A stretch of 62,634 nt of DNA, filler included. It is 6 parts of 6 records of this genome, joined end to end, with 100 filler letters (N's around TTAATTAATTAA, not from the genome) between each part and the next. Parts side by side here need not be neighbours in the genome. Positions count along the whole stretch, not along the records: positions 44,304 to 50,350 come from DRR378314_1935; positions 50,451 to 56,521 come from DRR378314_1941; positions 56,622 to 62,634 come from DRR378314_1944; 3 more parts are not named here. One strand, given 5' to 3'. This document shows positions 45,812 through 57,009 of this stretch, in pieces. Within the stretch, counting starts at the first letter, position 1, and the number at the start of each line of letters is the position of its first letter. A program made the translations under genes and the position numbers. The notes under the pieces were generated by a model, which was not told the origin of the DNA, ran no database searches, and saw nothing but the letters and a program-made list of their open reading frames with translations.

Positions 45812-47313
45812 CACCCCGTTTGACGGGGTGGCGGCAGCCTTGCCTTGCGGCGGCGCTGGGTGTGATTGCGGCCTTTGGGCAGGCCCCATATGATCAGCCG
45901 CTGATCCTGATGGTCGCCCTTGCGGGGGCGCTTTATTTCTTTGCACAGGCAAAATCCCTGCGGCAGGCGGCATTGTTTGGCTGGGCTTTTGGTGCCGGGT
46001 ATTTCGCCCATGCGCTGCATTGGATCGTATCGCCCTTTATGGTTGATGTGGCCCGCCATGGCTGGATGGCTCCTTTTGCACTGTTGTTTCTGGCGGCTGG
46101 TCTGGCCTTGTTCTGGGGGCTGGCCTTCTGGGGGGCGCGCCGGCTAAGCCGCGAAACGTCCTGGGCGGTGGTTTTGACCCTGCCTGCTGTCGAATTGATC
46201 CGTGGCTATCTGTTCACCGGTTTCCCATGGGCGATGATCTCTCAGTCTCTGGTGGACACCAGCGGCGGGCAGGCTTTGGCGTGGATCGGGCCCTATGCGC
46301 TGAACCTGCTGATGGTTGCGGTTGCCGTGGCATTCAGCCAGAGCGCACAGGATTGGGCCAGCCGCACCCTGCGTTTTGGGGCGGTTTTGCTGGGCTTGGG
46401 GGCTGTGACCCTGCCGGTGATGTCTCCCGATGCCAGATTGACCGCGCATACTATTCGCCTGATCCAGCCCAATGCGGCGCAGCGCGATAAATGGGATCCG
46501 GCGCAGATACCTGTCTTTTTTGACCGCCAGCTTGGCCTTACGGCCGCCCTTCCCAAGGAAGGTGATCCCGCACCTGATCTGGTCCTGTGGTCGGAAACCG
46601 CGATCCCATGGGTGCTGGATCTGGCAGCACCGGCACTTGATCAGATTGCACAGGCAGGTGGCACGGCACCTGTGGCCCTTGGCGTGCAGCGGCGCGATGC
46701 GCAGAACTACTTCAACTCCATGGTTGTGCTGGACCGGGTGGGAAACGTGGTGCAGACCTATGACAAACATCACCTTGTGCCCTTTGGGGAATACATGCCT
46801 TTCGCCAATTTCTTTGCCCGTGTCGGTGTCTTTGGCCTCGCCCAGCGGGCGCTAGGTGGGTATGCCGCTGGTCCCGGCGCGCAGGTGCTGGATTTTGGCG
46901 AGATGGGCCGCGCCTTGCCCCTGATCTGCTATGAGGCGGTGTTTCCCCATGATGCAAATGCGGCCACTGAACGTCCTGACTTTCTGATCCAGATCACAAA
47001 TGATGCGTGGTTTGGCAAGGCCGCTGGCCCGCGCCAGCATCTGGCACAGGCACGGATGCGCGCAATCGAACAGGGGCTGCCCCTGGCGCGCGCGGCAAAC
47101 ACCGGCATTTCCGCAATGATTGACCCTTATGGTCGCCTGCTGGCCAGCCTGCCGCTGAATCAGGCGGGATTCGTTGACGCCGCATTACCGCAACCGCTGG
47201 CCCCGACGATCTATAGCCGTACAGGTGATTTGCCCTTTGCGATTGTGTTGCTTCTGGGACTCGTCGCGGCGTCAATCAGCGCACGAAGCCGTGAGGGCGG
47301 GCTTAAGAATTGA
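45808..47313 (+). CDS. lnt: Apolipoprotein N-acyltransferase
   Basis: Motifs FTGFPW, WSETA, YDKHHLVPFGEY, ICYE, TNDAWFG and RAANTGISA. Confidence 0.96.
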   Translation: MTPRLTGWRQPCLAAALGVIAAFGQAPYDQPLILMVALAGALYFFAQAKSLRQAALFGWAFGAGYFAHALHWIVSPFMVDVARHGWMAPFALLFLAAGLALFWGLAFWGARRLSRETSWAVVLTLPAVELIRGYLFTGFPWAMISQSLVDTSGGQALAWIGPYALNLLMVAVAVAFSQSAQDWASRTLRFGAVLLGLGAVTLPVMSPDARLTAHTIRLIQPNAAQRDKWDPAQIPVFFDRQLGLTAALPKEGDPAPDLVLWSETAIPWVLDLAAPALDQIAQAGGTAPVALGVQRRDAQNYFNSMVVLDRVGNVVQTYDKHHLVPFGEYMPFANFFARVGVFGLAQRALGGYAAGPGAQVLDFGEMGRALPLICYEAVFPHDANAATERPDFLIQITNDAWFGKAAGPRQHLAQARMRAIEQGLPLARAANTGISAMIDPYGRLLASLPLNQAGFVDAALPQPLAPTIYSRTGDLPFAIVLLLGLVAASISARSREGGLKN

Positions 47314-47348
47314 CCTCTATGAGGTTAGGGCGTTAAGCCAGCGCGAAC

Positions 47349-47396
47349 GATGTCACAACGGCTTCCTGACGTGGCATTTCATTTTTTACTGGAGCA
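47349..47396 (+). ncRNA. SAM-SAH riboswitch in the metK leader
   Basis: GATGTCACAACGGCTTCCTGACGTGGCAT...TGGAGCA matches the Rhodobacterales SAM-SAH motif: an ATGTCAC/GTGGCAT stem and a CTTCC loop able to pair with the GGAG RBS. Confidence 0.9.
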
Positions 47397-47399
47397 GAT

Positions 47400-48581
47400 A
47401 TGTCCCGACAGAACTATATTTTCACCTCCGAATCCGTTTCGGAAGGTCACCCTGACAAGGTCTGTGACCGTATTTCCGACGCTGTGCTTGATGCATTTCT
47501 CAGCGAAGAGCCCGAAGCGCGGGTTGCCGCAGAGACCTTTGCCACCACCAATCGCGTGGTGATCGGCGGCGAAGTCGGGCTGAGTGATCAGGCCAAGCTG
47601 ACGCAGTACATGGGCCAGATCGAGGACATCGCCCGCGCCTGTATCAAGGACATCGGATACGCGCAGGATAAATTCCATCACGAGACGGTAGAGATCACCA
47701 ACCTGCTGCACGAACAATCCGCCCATATCGCCCAGGGTGTTGATGCCAGCGGCAACAAGGATGAAGGCGCTGGCGATCAGGGCATCATGTTTGGTTTTGC
47801 CACGGATGAAACCGAGCATCTGATGCCGGCACCGATCCATTATGCCCATGCAATCCTGCGGCGTCTGGCAGAGGTGCGCAAGGACGGCACGGAGCCGACG
47901 TTGCGCCCGGACGCCAAAAGCCAGCTGTCTGTCCGCTATGAGAATGGCAAACCCGTGGGTGTGTCGTCGATTGTCCTTTCGACGCAGCATGCCTCGGAAG
48001 ATCAGACCAGTGCCGATATCCGCGATATCGTCGAACCCTACATCCGCGAAGTATTGCCTGATGGCTGGATCGACAAGGACACCAAATGGCATGTGAACCC
48101 GACGGGCGTCTTTGTCATCGGTGGGCCAGATGGTGATGCCGGGCTGACCGGGCGCAAGATCATTGTGGATACCTATGGCGGGGCTGCCCCGCATGGTGGC
48201 GGTGCATTTTCCGGCAAGGACCCGACCAAGGTTGACCGTTCTGCCGCCTATGCTGCACGCTATCTGGCAAAGAATGTCGTTGCGGCGGGGATGGCAAGCA
48301 AATGCACCATTCAGCTGAGCTATGCCATTGGCGTGTCTGAACCGCTGTCGATCTATTGCGATACCTTTGGGACAGGCGAAGTGGATGATGCGGAGGTCGA
48401 GCGCGCGATCCGCAAGGTGATGAGTCTGACCCCGCGTGGCATCCGTGAACATCTGCAGCTGAACAAACCGATTTATCAGCGTACGGCGGCCTATGGCCAC
48501 TTTGGGCGTGCGCCCGACGATGATGGCGGTTTCTCATGGGAAAGGCTGGACCTTGCAGCCAAGCTGAAGGCTGAGGTTTAA
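47400..48581 (+). CDS. metK: S-adenosylmethionine synthetase
   Basis: Motifs [33 protein letters not shown] and [16 protein letters not shown]. Confidence 0.98.
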   Translation: MSRQNYIFTSESVSEGHPDKVCDRISDAVLDAFLSEEPEARVAAETFATTNRVVIGGEVGLSDQAKLTQYMGQIEDIARACIKDIGYAQDKFHHETVEITNLLHEQSAHIAQGVDASGNKDEGAGDQGIMFGFATDETEHLMPAPIHYAHAILRRLAEVRKDGTEPTLRPDAKSQLSVRYENGKPVGVSSIVLSTQHASEDQTSADIRDIVEPYIREVLPDGWIDKDTKWHVNPTGVFVIGGPDGDAGLTGRKIIVDTYGGAAPHGGGAFSGKDPTKVDRSAAYAARYLAKNVVAAGMASKCTIQLSYAIGVSEPLSIYCDTFGTGEVDDAEVERAIRKVMSLTPRGIREHLQLNKPIYQRTAAYGHFGRAPDDDGGFSWERLDLAAKLKAEV

Positions 48582-48608
48582 CAGCCTCCTTGTTCGCAAG
48601 ATATCGCG

Positions 48609-48630
48609 GACAGGGCCGGCTGCCCCTGTC
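48609..48630. terminator. Hairpin between convergent metK and response regulator genes
   Basis: GACAGGG-ccggctgc-CCCTGTC. Confidence 0.4.
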
Positions 48631-48634
48631 TGTC

Positions 48635-49411
48635 TTAATGGCGCGGTGCGCTGAAAGGTGACGGCGGTTTGCTGGATTTCGGTTCGGGGGGCGCGGGTGT
48701 CCCAGTGGGCGCAGTGCGGGTGACATTGGCCAGCAGGGTTGCCCCGTCCTGCCGCTCCATCTCGATCAGGAATGACCAGAGGCTCAGACAATTCTGCTCA
48801 GCGGCATGGCTGGCAGGGGCGTCGTCCAGCGGTTGCTGGGCCCGCAGGTTGCGCATTTGCCGCATCAGGCGGCTGACCATGGGTTTGATGTCCTGCGCAT
48901 AAAGCGCCACGGCGCGGGCCAGAAGCTGTTCAACCTCAGCACTTTCAAACCTTGCTGAATCGCTGGCCACCAGTGGTACGGTGAGGGTCAGCGCATCCTT
49001 GACGGCACAGGCGAAAGCCTCAGAAGAGAGCGTGTCTTTCTCAAGGAAGCGATAGCAACCGGCAGCCTCTGCTTGATCCATGATGCCGCTTTCCGCCAGA
49101 CCGGATACCATAAGGGCCGGTGTGTTGAGGTTGCGGGCGCAGAGGTGCATCATGTTCAGCGCCTCAAGGCCGGTGCCATCGGGCAGGGCGTAATCAAGCA
49201 GGATCAGCCCGAATGTGGTTTGTGCCAGCAGGTCCTGAAACTCCGTAAGTGAGGTGGCGTTGCTGATGGCGCAGGGAAATTCCAGCCCTGAGCATAGCCG
49301 GGCCAGCCGATGCCGATCAAAACGTTCATCATCAAGGATCAACACCTCAAGGGGCGGGGTATTTGAAAGGGGCGTAAGCGGCGATGGATGGGTGATCTGG
49401 GGGGCGGGCAT
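48635..49411 (-). CDS. Orphan response regulator: receiver domain plus uncharacterised helical C-terminus
   Basis: Motifs VLILDD, LILLDYALPDGTG, LMVSG and FLEK. An AAAGGA RBS precedes the ATG at 49411. Confidence 0.85.
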   Translation of the reverse strand: MPAPQITHPSPLTPLSNTPPLEVLILDDERFDRHRLARLCSGLEFPCAISNATSLTEFQDLLAQTTFGLILLDYALPDGTGLEALNMMHLCARNLNTPALMVSGLAESGIMDQAEAAGCYRFLEKDTLSSEAFACAVKDALTLTVPLVASDSARFESAEVEQLLARAVALYAQDIKPMVSRLMRQMRNLRAQQPLDDAPASHAAEQNCLSLWSFLIEMERQDGATLLANVTRTAPTGTPAPPEPKSSKPPSPFSAPRH

Positions 49412-49458
49412 GAGGTTGTCCTTTGTGGCAAAGCTGGTGATGTTGTAGGATATCTGGC

Positions 49459-49473
49459 TTAACCGGGTGTTAA
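49459..49473. promoter_or_regulatory. CtrA-type binding site
   Basis: TTAA-CCGGGTG-TTAA (TTAA-N7-TTAA), about 50 bp upstream of the response regulator. Confidence 0.65.
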
Positions 49474-49614
49474 GGTTTTGCGCCACGGGCCCCGAATTTG
49501 CTAAGGATTGTCAGGGCTTTCGCCTTCTGCTTTGATCTGTCAGGGCCTTGGCAAATGCATCACACCCCAAGCAGACCATTGCAGCGCGGCGCGGCGCAGG
49601 CTAAAGCCCCGGCC

Positions 49615-50316
49615 ATGACGACACCCACACGCCCCCACCGCAATTTTTATGGTCGCCTTAAAGGCAAGACTCTGAAACCCGCTCAGCGCAGCTATCTGGC
49701 CGAGGATCTGGAGGGGCTGTCGCCCGGGCCGGTGTCCTGGGAGGATAATCCGCAGCGGACCCCGCTGGATCTGGAGACGCTGTTTGACGGCAAACCGGTC
49801 TGGCTTGAGGTCGGCTTTGGCGGCGGCGAGCATATGGTGCATCAGGCGGCATCCAACCCAGAGGTCGGTATCATCGGCTGCGAACCCTATATCAACGGGG
49901 TGGCGATGTTGCTGGGCAAGATCCGCAAGGCCGGCGTCGAGAATGTTGCGGTTTATCCCAATGATGTGCGGGACATGTTTGATGTTCTGCCCGGAGCCTC
50001 GATTGACCGGGCATTCCTGCTGTATCCTGACCCATGGCCGAAATCGCGCCATCACCGGCGCCGTTTTGTGACCGAAGAGCATCTGGTGCCATTGGCGCGG
50101 GCGCTGAAGCCTGGCAGTATTTTCCGCGTGGCAACGGATATTGAGGATTATGTGCGCCAGACTTTGGAAGAAGTGCCGAAGTTCGGGTTTGAATGGCTGG
50201 CAGAACGGCCCGGTGACTGGCGTACCCCTTGGGATGACTGGATTCCCACACGCTATGAGCAAAAGGCGCTGCGTGAAGGCCGGGTGCCACATTATCTGAC
50301 GTTTCGCCGGCTGTGA
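49615..50316 (+). CDS. trmB: tRNA (guanine-N7)-methyltransferase
   Basis: Motifs LEVGFGGGEH, GCEPY, LLYPDPWPKSRHHRRRF, RVATD and TRYEQKA. Confidence 0.96.
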   Translation: MTTPTRPHRNFYGRLKGKTLKPAQRSYLAEDLEGLSPGPVSWEDNPQRTPLDLETLFDGKPVWLEVGFGGGEHMVHQAASNPEVGIIGCEPYINGVAMLLGKIRKAGVENVAVYPNDVRDMFDVLPGASIDRAFLLYPDPWPKSRHHRRRFVTEEHLVPLARALKPGSIFRVATDIEDYVRQTLEEVPKFGFEWLAERPGDWRTPWDDWIPTRYEQKALREGRVPHYLTFRRL

Positions 50317-50350
50317 GCGAAAGGAGCGGGCAAGCCCGCATTCGATTTTA

Positions 50351-50450
50351 NNNNNNNNNNNNNNNNNNNNNNNNNNNNNNNNNNNNNNNNNNNNTTAATT
50401 AATTAANNNNNNNNNNNNNNNNNNNNNNNNNNNNNNNNNNNNNNNNNNNN
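50351..50450. other. Artificial contig-joining spacer
   Basis: N runs around TTAATTAATTAA. Confidence 0.99.
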
Positions 50451-53400
50451 GTCACCGCTGACCTCCACCGCCTCGACGGTACCAGGGATATCAATTTTTT
50501 GCGTATTGTTCCATGCTCCGATCTTAGACGCTGGTTTGCAAGGAGGAAGGGGTTTCGATGTTAGTAGTGCGTACGGAAGTAAAAAAAAAATCAGCTTTCG
50601 TTTGAATAGACAGCTGGTCTTTTTTCGGTTTTTGTTGTTTTTTGGAACTGGAACTATAGCATACCTGATGTTTGTCCAGTGATGATCAAGAGGAGAAAGG
50701 TCGTTAGGAGGTTCCTGTGATAAACATTGAACGGAAGAGATAATTTTATAATTGATGGGAAGTTTGCAAGTTAGGAGCAGGATTCTGTTGTGTATGTGAA
50801 TTCACGTTCGGAAGGCAAGGTGCGTATGGCAGCCGCACTTAGTTCTAACAGCGAGGTACCTGCTACTTGGCAATTCTTGATTTTTATGAGAAACAAATGC
50901 ATCCGAGAGTATTGGAGTGTTGTGTAATTTAACGTTACACATTTTTTCTGTGACAGGGAGTTTGGCAAGGAACTTTGGAATCGCGTCTGCGAGAAGCGTT
51001 TTTGTCCTCTTCTGCGTTGACAAAGACGTGCACGGGACTTTCACGCTCCTCACGGCACAAGAGTAGCGCTCTGTATCGCCCACAGTAATATGGGAATGCG
51101 AAAGGAGGATAGAGAGCGTATTCAAGAAATTTACTCGTGCGCTGACTGCAAGTTTCAGAGATAATGCAGTTCCGTGCACTCATTGCTTGCCAAGGATTGG
51201 AAAGTGCGCGCGTGTGCAGCAGAGGTTCGAAAGGTCGACGGCACTCTTCTGGACGCTCACGGGCTACTGTGAAGCCTGAACAGCCGGACAGGCACACCAG
51301 ATACGTCTTCCGGCACACGACCAAGGCTGGAAGCGATGCAGACAACGAATATGCAACTGCTCTAATGTGCCCAGATTAATCACACAAAACTGCCAGGCTA
51401 GGATTATCTGAGAATTTACCGTGTGGAAAGAAGAAACTTGTAGGGCAAGGGCGCGGAAGCGCTTGTTCTGAGCGGGCGGGAACTGCGACAGTACTTCCTG
51501 TTGAGACAGCGATGGACAGCAAAGTGCAAGTGCGAGTGCTTGCGTGCACTCGAAATACGCCTGCAACAACGACTACCCAGCGCCCTCGAGAAGGCACGCA
51601 GCGTCGAGCATTTTTGCCAGCACCTCCTCTCCGGTCTTTCCCTTCCGTATCAAACATCGTGGCGTATCAATATGTAAAAAGGAATACTTGCCACGAAATT
51701 TGGCGCGATTAAAGCATGCGGGGGCGCTGTACGAGCCACAGCAAGAGTGCGCGAGTTTTTCGCGCTTTGAGCTCTCGGGGGCGCCGCGCCTCGGCTGTGC
51801 GCCAGCAAGCCCTCTTCTGCGCCCCCTCGCGCCGCTTCCTCCCCAGCCCCCAAACGCAGCTCCGAGAAACGGAAACAGATAGTGCTCTATTCCGTAAAGG
51901 AGTAGGAAGATCTCGGATAACTACCTGCAACATTGGTCTTGCTATCTTTATCGTGAACTGCCGATTTCTGCACAGTTTGCGTTATGCATATGTACCTGGA
52001 TATCGCTGAAACTAGCTCCCGCGGCAAGGAGGGGAGTCTCGGCAACACCCGAGTTTGCGCGCGGGCTGCTATCGCCAGCGAACTACACCGCGGTTGCCTT
52101 GCTCGGCGGCCAAGTAAACGAGTGAGCCCGGATCCGCAGCCACGCACCTTGTAAACCATCCCGTACGTCGAAACATAGCGACTTCGTAGCGTAATTTTCC
52201 TCAAACGTGTCCCAGTCGCAAGTTTAGCAGCTTGGAGAGTACACTCTCGCGCTCGGAGGGACTCCAGAAGCCTCAGAAATAGGAGGTGAGAAGGCAGTTG
52301 AACTCTAGAGAGAGGCAACAAACGCCCCAGAGGTCGCCCACCGCGGCCTTTCCACGAAAAGCGCTCTTTTACCTGCAGTGGAGGGCAAGGCAGCGGCAGG
52401 CACGGCTCCTAGGCCAGTACAGATCCGCTGCCCAAGCGCACGCAGAACCACGGAGCAAGGCGGGGACGCAGCTCTCACGTGGCTACATTATCTAGCCCAC
52501 GTGGGCCCGTGAATTTTCGAACCTCGAAATGTGCAAAACTCAAGTACAGTCATGGATACAAAGTGGAAGAATTTGATTGAATAAGAATATGACCTGCAGC
52601 TTTGCCGAACATGCGCATATTCAATACACCAAAATATGGGTGATCCCCTGTAGCTGCTCGGCTGCTAGCTGGCGCGCTAGTGCGTTATCTCGCGCGCACA
52701 TTTCGCCGCTGTTGGCTGTCAAAGTAAGCGCTCAGCGCGAACGCGCCCGCGGTTCAAAACAAACCCTCAACCAGCGACCAGCTATCGGAGAACGGACCCT
52801 TCCAGCCGTTCAAGAAAAAATAATTCAGCACTTGAAGACATTCATTTTCCTTTTGTAGTTAGAAGTGCACTACGAAGTAGTTCGCACGAATCTTCTTGCT
52901 TCTGGAGCGTACCTGTACCATTTGTCGCTCTGGCGTTCGAAGAAGGCCAGAATTCCGTGCCTTGCACTGCGATTTCAAGAAGCTGCACAGAGTTTCTCTC
53001 AGTCAACTTCCCCTGCTAATGCAGTCTCCCTAGATCGTTCCTCAGGCAGAGCGCCAAGTAGATGCGCTGTGCCTAAAGCGGCGTATCGACTGCAGAAAAG
53101 AAAAGTACGCCTTTGTGCGCCGTTGCTTGGGGCGGTAGGCTGTCGTACTGAAATGTCGCAGTGTTGCGACAGCTCTCTCCCAAACGCCCCTAGAAATTTC
53201 CGAGGCTCTCTGGGAAACCACGAGACGTGTGGTGGTCGATCTTGAGCGCATTCGTGCCAGTACAACCCGATCTGTCACTTTGACTGTCATAAGGCTTCGC
53301 TAATATCAATTGGAAACAAAGCATCCATGCACAAGTGCGCTTCGAAAAATCAGGATTCGTTCACCTCTGCTGTCGCGGAACGCGCTCATCTCCAAAGCCA

Positions 53401-54400
53401 CTTCCTTCCTGTAGTTGCCACGAGTAATCATACCAAGCGTAAGATCGCGTGGCAATATATTGCTTTCACATTTTCTTTTTATATATTTACGTCATCCCGC
53501 ACTCTGTTGCCCGGGTTCTTCATATCCAAGGACACGTCGTGTGCTCCTGCGGTAGTGGAAGAAAAATCATAGTCTCAGGAAAACTCAATAGCGCCTCTCA
53601 CCGCATTCCGGGGGCACTATATGGTTGATCAATACTGCAGTATTCTTCAAAAACTGAAAACAGCGGCTCTCGTGAGCAAAACTGAAATGAGCATGAATGA
53701 ATACTCCCAGCCCCGTGCATGTGCAGGTGGCGCACGAACGTTTTCGAAGAAATTTCGGAGATCCTGCCTTTGCTCTTGCCGTGGCTTCCTTCGATATGCT
53801 CCATAGTCTCGCGCACTGCACGGGCACCAGTTCTCTACTTTGCTTGCTTGATTTGCTGAGAAATACAGTGAGTGTTTCCAAAAATTACTTCTTTGTCCAG
53901 CAAAAAAGTTGTTACACAACCGCTTGCACTGTTGACGTGCCCGTAGAATACAAGCCAGCGGGCACGTCGAGCACTTCTTTCGGATGGTGCTGAAGCAGAG
54001 GAAGTTTTTGTCCTACAATCTGATATACGCTCAAAGACTCACGTATAGGCAAAACAGAACTTGACGTCGTCGTAAGGACGTGGTTCGACTTTCGACGCAA
54101 GACGCAACGGAGAGAGTTGATTCGATTGTGGACAAATGAACGACCTGGAGCGTACGCCCTCGAGGCTCTTCCGTACGAGGATGCGGTACTCACTTTCTTC
54201 GAGCGTGCTGCTTCCTTCAAGCGAAAAACATTTGAAATTCGTAGCCCGGTTACATTGTCGTGCATATGCTCGAAGCAGACCGTGCACTTCTTTTCGATCT
54301 GAGTTCTTGCAAATTGGCGCGTGCGACTGCGATACGATACCCTGGGGTCTTTCTCGGTGTTCTTCTCCATTTTGGTGGCATTCAGGCCGGTCCACAGGTC
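50451..54400 (-). CDS. Probable multi-exon eukaryotic gene of unknown function; model unresolved
   Basis: Several AG/GT-bounded open segments, for example IEKKCTVCFEHMHDNVTG...RSKK|gtgagt and IVGQKLPLLQHHPKEVLDVP. It lies divergent from TMEM135. No family was recognised. Confidence 0.3.
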
Positions 54401-54778
54401 ACTTTCGAGCAGCTACCAACTCGCGGTCACCGGCATTGTATCGTCGCGCCCGTACTATTTCTCAGCCTTACTCGATCTCGCTCTGTAAGTGGTGCAACAC
54501 AGCGATATAGGACGATTGTCGATATAAGTTCCAATAGCGATTACATCGCAAAATCAAGAAGGTGATACTTTGTGGTGCTTCGGCGAACGCGTGCTTGCCT
54601 ACCAATTTTGATTCGATATGTCGCTCCAGGCAGGCCCATTGTGCACGCACTAACTCGGTAAAACTTCCCAAGAAAAGTACTCGTTCACGACTATCCCAAC
54701 TGCGATTATACTGTCAAGTAGCCTGTGCATCCAATATCACGACTAATACCAAAGAAACCCATCTCAACAGCGAGCCAG

Positions 54779-56521
54779 ATGGTGGAAAACATGACAACCG
54801 CCTCCGCAGTGCTATGGCAAAGCCTACGCGCCGCCGCTGCAGGAGTTGCCGGTCACGTCGCCATCTCGACACTACTAGCTCTGCTGCGCCGCAAGCTAAG
54901 CCTGTAAGTTTGCCAGAGCTGGCAAGTAGATGCTACCAGAAAATCTTTTCCATCTAATTATAATTTCCTACAGTGAAACAATAAGGACGGGGGAAGTCCA
55001 GAGGAAATTCGACAAACGTTCCCCGCTTGTTGCGCTTCTGCTTCAACCACGCTGCGCCTCTCTCTCTGCACGAAGCATCAAGCAGCGCTGCCCTTGGCGA
55101 AATGTCCCACCCATTACTTTCTCTCTCCGGACGCCTTTGCAGAAACCCGCTGCAACTACTTCGCTTTATTTTCAAATCCACCACGTCAAACAGTGTTCGT
55201 CGCCTGGCGATATTTCTCGCCGCATACGCCGGATCCTTCCACACCGCGCGTACACTCTTGCGGATGGCAGCAGTCGACCCTGGACTCGCCACATTTCTTG
55301 CTGGAGCAGCGGCGGCCCCGTCTATCCTCCTTGATTGCGAGGATAGGCGAATGAGGTACGCTCAGAATAATCATTATCGGACGATAGAAGTTATGTGATA
55401 GCAGGATTTGATTCTATGTTGTAAAAGACGCGAGTTGCAGATAAGCAGTACATCAATGCTATCCCGGTCAATGCTCGCCCACAGGCGTGGCGCCCGGCCC
55501 TGAACGGCGCGGCGTCGATGCAACAAGGAAACTAGGCGCATTATGTATTTCTTGCCATCATGTTTGAAGCCATACAAGTTTCTCTTTGAAGGTACTCTAA
55601 TCGATACTGCTCGACGCACGTTGGATGATGTTTCCAGCGTTGCTGTCTTCTGCGCAGCACGTGCAGCGGAAGCGCTGTTGCGCAGAACGAAGAATGTGTT
55701 GGGTATTCCCACAATCCCTTACTTTGTGGAGGGGCTCTTCTGTCTTGTATGTACGGCAATTGTTTACGCGGTACGTTTTTATTTGAGTTTTGAATATCTA
55801 TTTATGATATGAACAGCTTTCATTTTTCTTCCCCTGTGAATTTCGATACGCGAGAAGCCGCCGTAAGTCGAAAAGTAAAGTAGGGCGGGTTGGGAACGCC
55901 CTGGCCGCTCGGCGAGCTAGCTCGCGCATCTCACAATCACGCACACAAAAACCCGATCCCCCCCATGACACTCCCATGTAGCGTAATCTGGACGGTCTTG
56001 CAATTTGCTGTTTGTTAGGTATTTGCTTACTCTCCGTTGACGGCAAATGCGTGCGATTTGCAGTACCTATTTGAGCCAGACCTGCTTCCCCACGCGTACT
56101 GGCGCTTTATTGACAAACTCGACACTGTGGACAGTCTCGGGCACTTTCCCGCAATCGCAGCGCAACTCGAGATCTCCGCAGCACGGAAGCTTACTCAATG
56201 TACGCTTGAATATTAGTTTGCACGTTTTTAATTTCTCGCAATACGTGAGCAGGGCGGAATAATTTTTTTTGGATCGGCTACGGAGACGCCCGGCCCTGTA
56301 GTTGCGTACGTGCTGGACGCGGCGGTTCTCTGCGAATTGAAGTAACTTTGTGAGGCTGCTCCCCTCCGTACTATGCACTCTTGGTGTTCTTTTCCTTGCC
56401 CGACATTTGCTGAATTACAGGTGAGGATTCACAAGCGAGAACAGCGTCTTTCGTGGATCCACAATTCAGAAAGGCGCTTTTTCGCATGCGCCGCGCGTCC
56501 GTCCGCGCTGCCTTCACAGCA
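54779..56521 (+). CDS. TMEM135: TMEM135/PMP52-like membrane protein; spliced, 3' truncated
   Basis: ...HVAISTLLALLRRKLSL|NPLQLL...SVRRLAIFLAAYAGSFH...FLAGAAAAPSILLDCEDRRM|SVAVFCAARAAEALL...LFCLVCTAIVYA|YLFEPDLLPHAYWRFI; exon phases are consistent. Confidence 0.72.
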
Positions 56522-56621
56522 NNNNNNNNNNNNNNNNNNNNNNNNNNNNNNNNNNNNNNNNNNNNTTAATTAATTAANNNNNNNNNNNNNNNNNNNNNNN
56601 NNNNNNNNNNNNNNNNNNNNN
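56522..56621. other. Artificial contig-joining spacer
   Basis: N runs around TTAATTAATTAA. Confidence 0.99.
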
Positions 56622-56890
56622 CGATCGACTCTTTAGAAATTATGGCGGGTGGCGTTAATAAAGGCGTGGCCTTAACGGCACTGCTGGAAAAGCTAAAGCT
56701 AACGCCGGCAGAGTGCTTAGCATTTGGCGATAACCTAAACGATACTGAAATGCTTAATCTGGCAGGGGAAGCTCAGGTAATGAACAACGCCCACCCTGCG
56801 CTTTTCGATCGAGTTTCCAGCGCTGAGCGTATCGGCCATCATAGCGAAGCGGCTGTGGCTCGGTGGCTAGCAAAACGCTTTGCGCTGTAA
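56622..56890 (+). CDS. Cof-type HAD hydrolase, C-terminal part; 5' truncated
   Basis: SLEIMAGGVNKGVAL...AFGDNLNDTEML...MNNA. Confidence 0.9.
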
Positions 56891-57009
56891 TAACCGCTTC
56901 ACGCTGCAACCTTGGTCGATGGCCGCTTGCGATAGGGTAGCCACTCCACCATCATCTAGCCCCTAAAATGATAATAACGAGTAATAATAACCCAGGGCAT
57001 ATTGCTACC

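Noticed and set aside
110..56521. Fragmented eukaryotic ORFs as evidence of a variant genetic code
   Set aside because: Conserved proteins reassemble through ordinary spliceosomal introns with standard stops and no in-frame stops in exons.
13666..56621. Bacterial operons interleaved with eukaryotic genes, suggesting HGT or endosymbiont insertion
   Set aside because: Every switch coincides with an artificial N/TTAATTAATTAA spacer, so adjacency carries no biological meaning.
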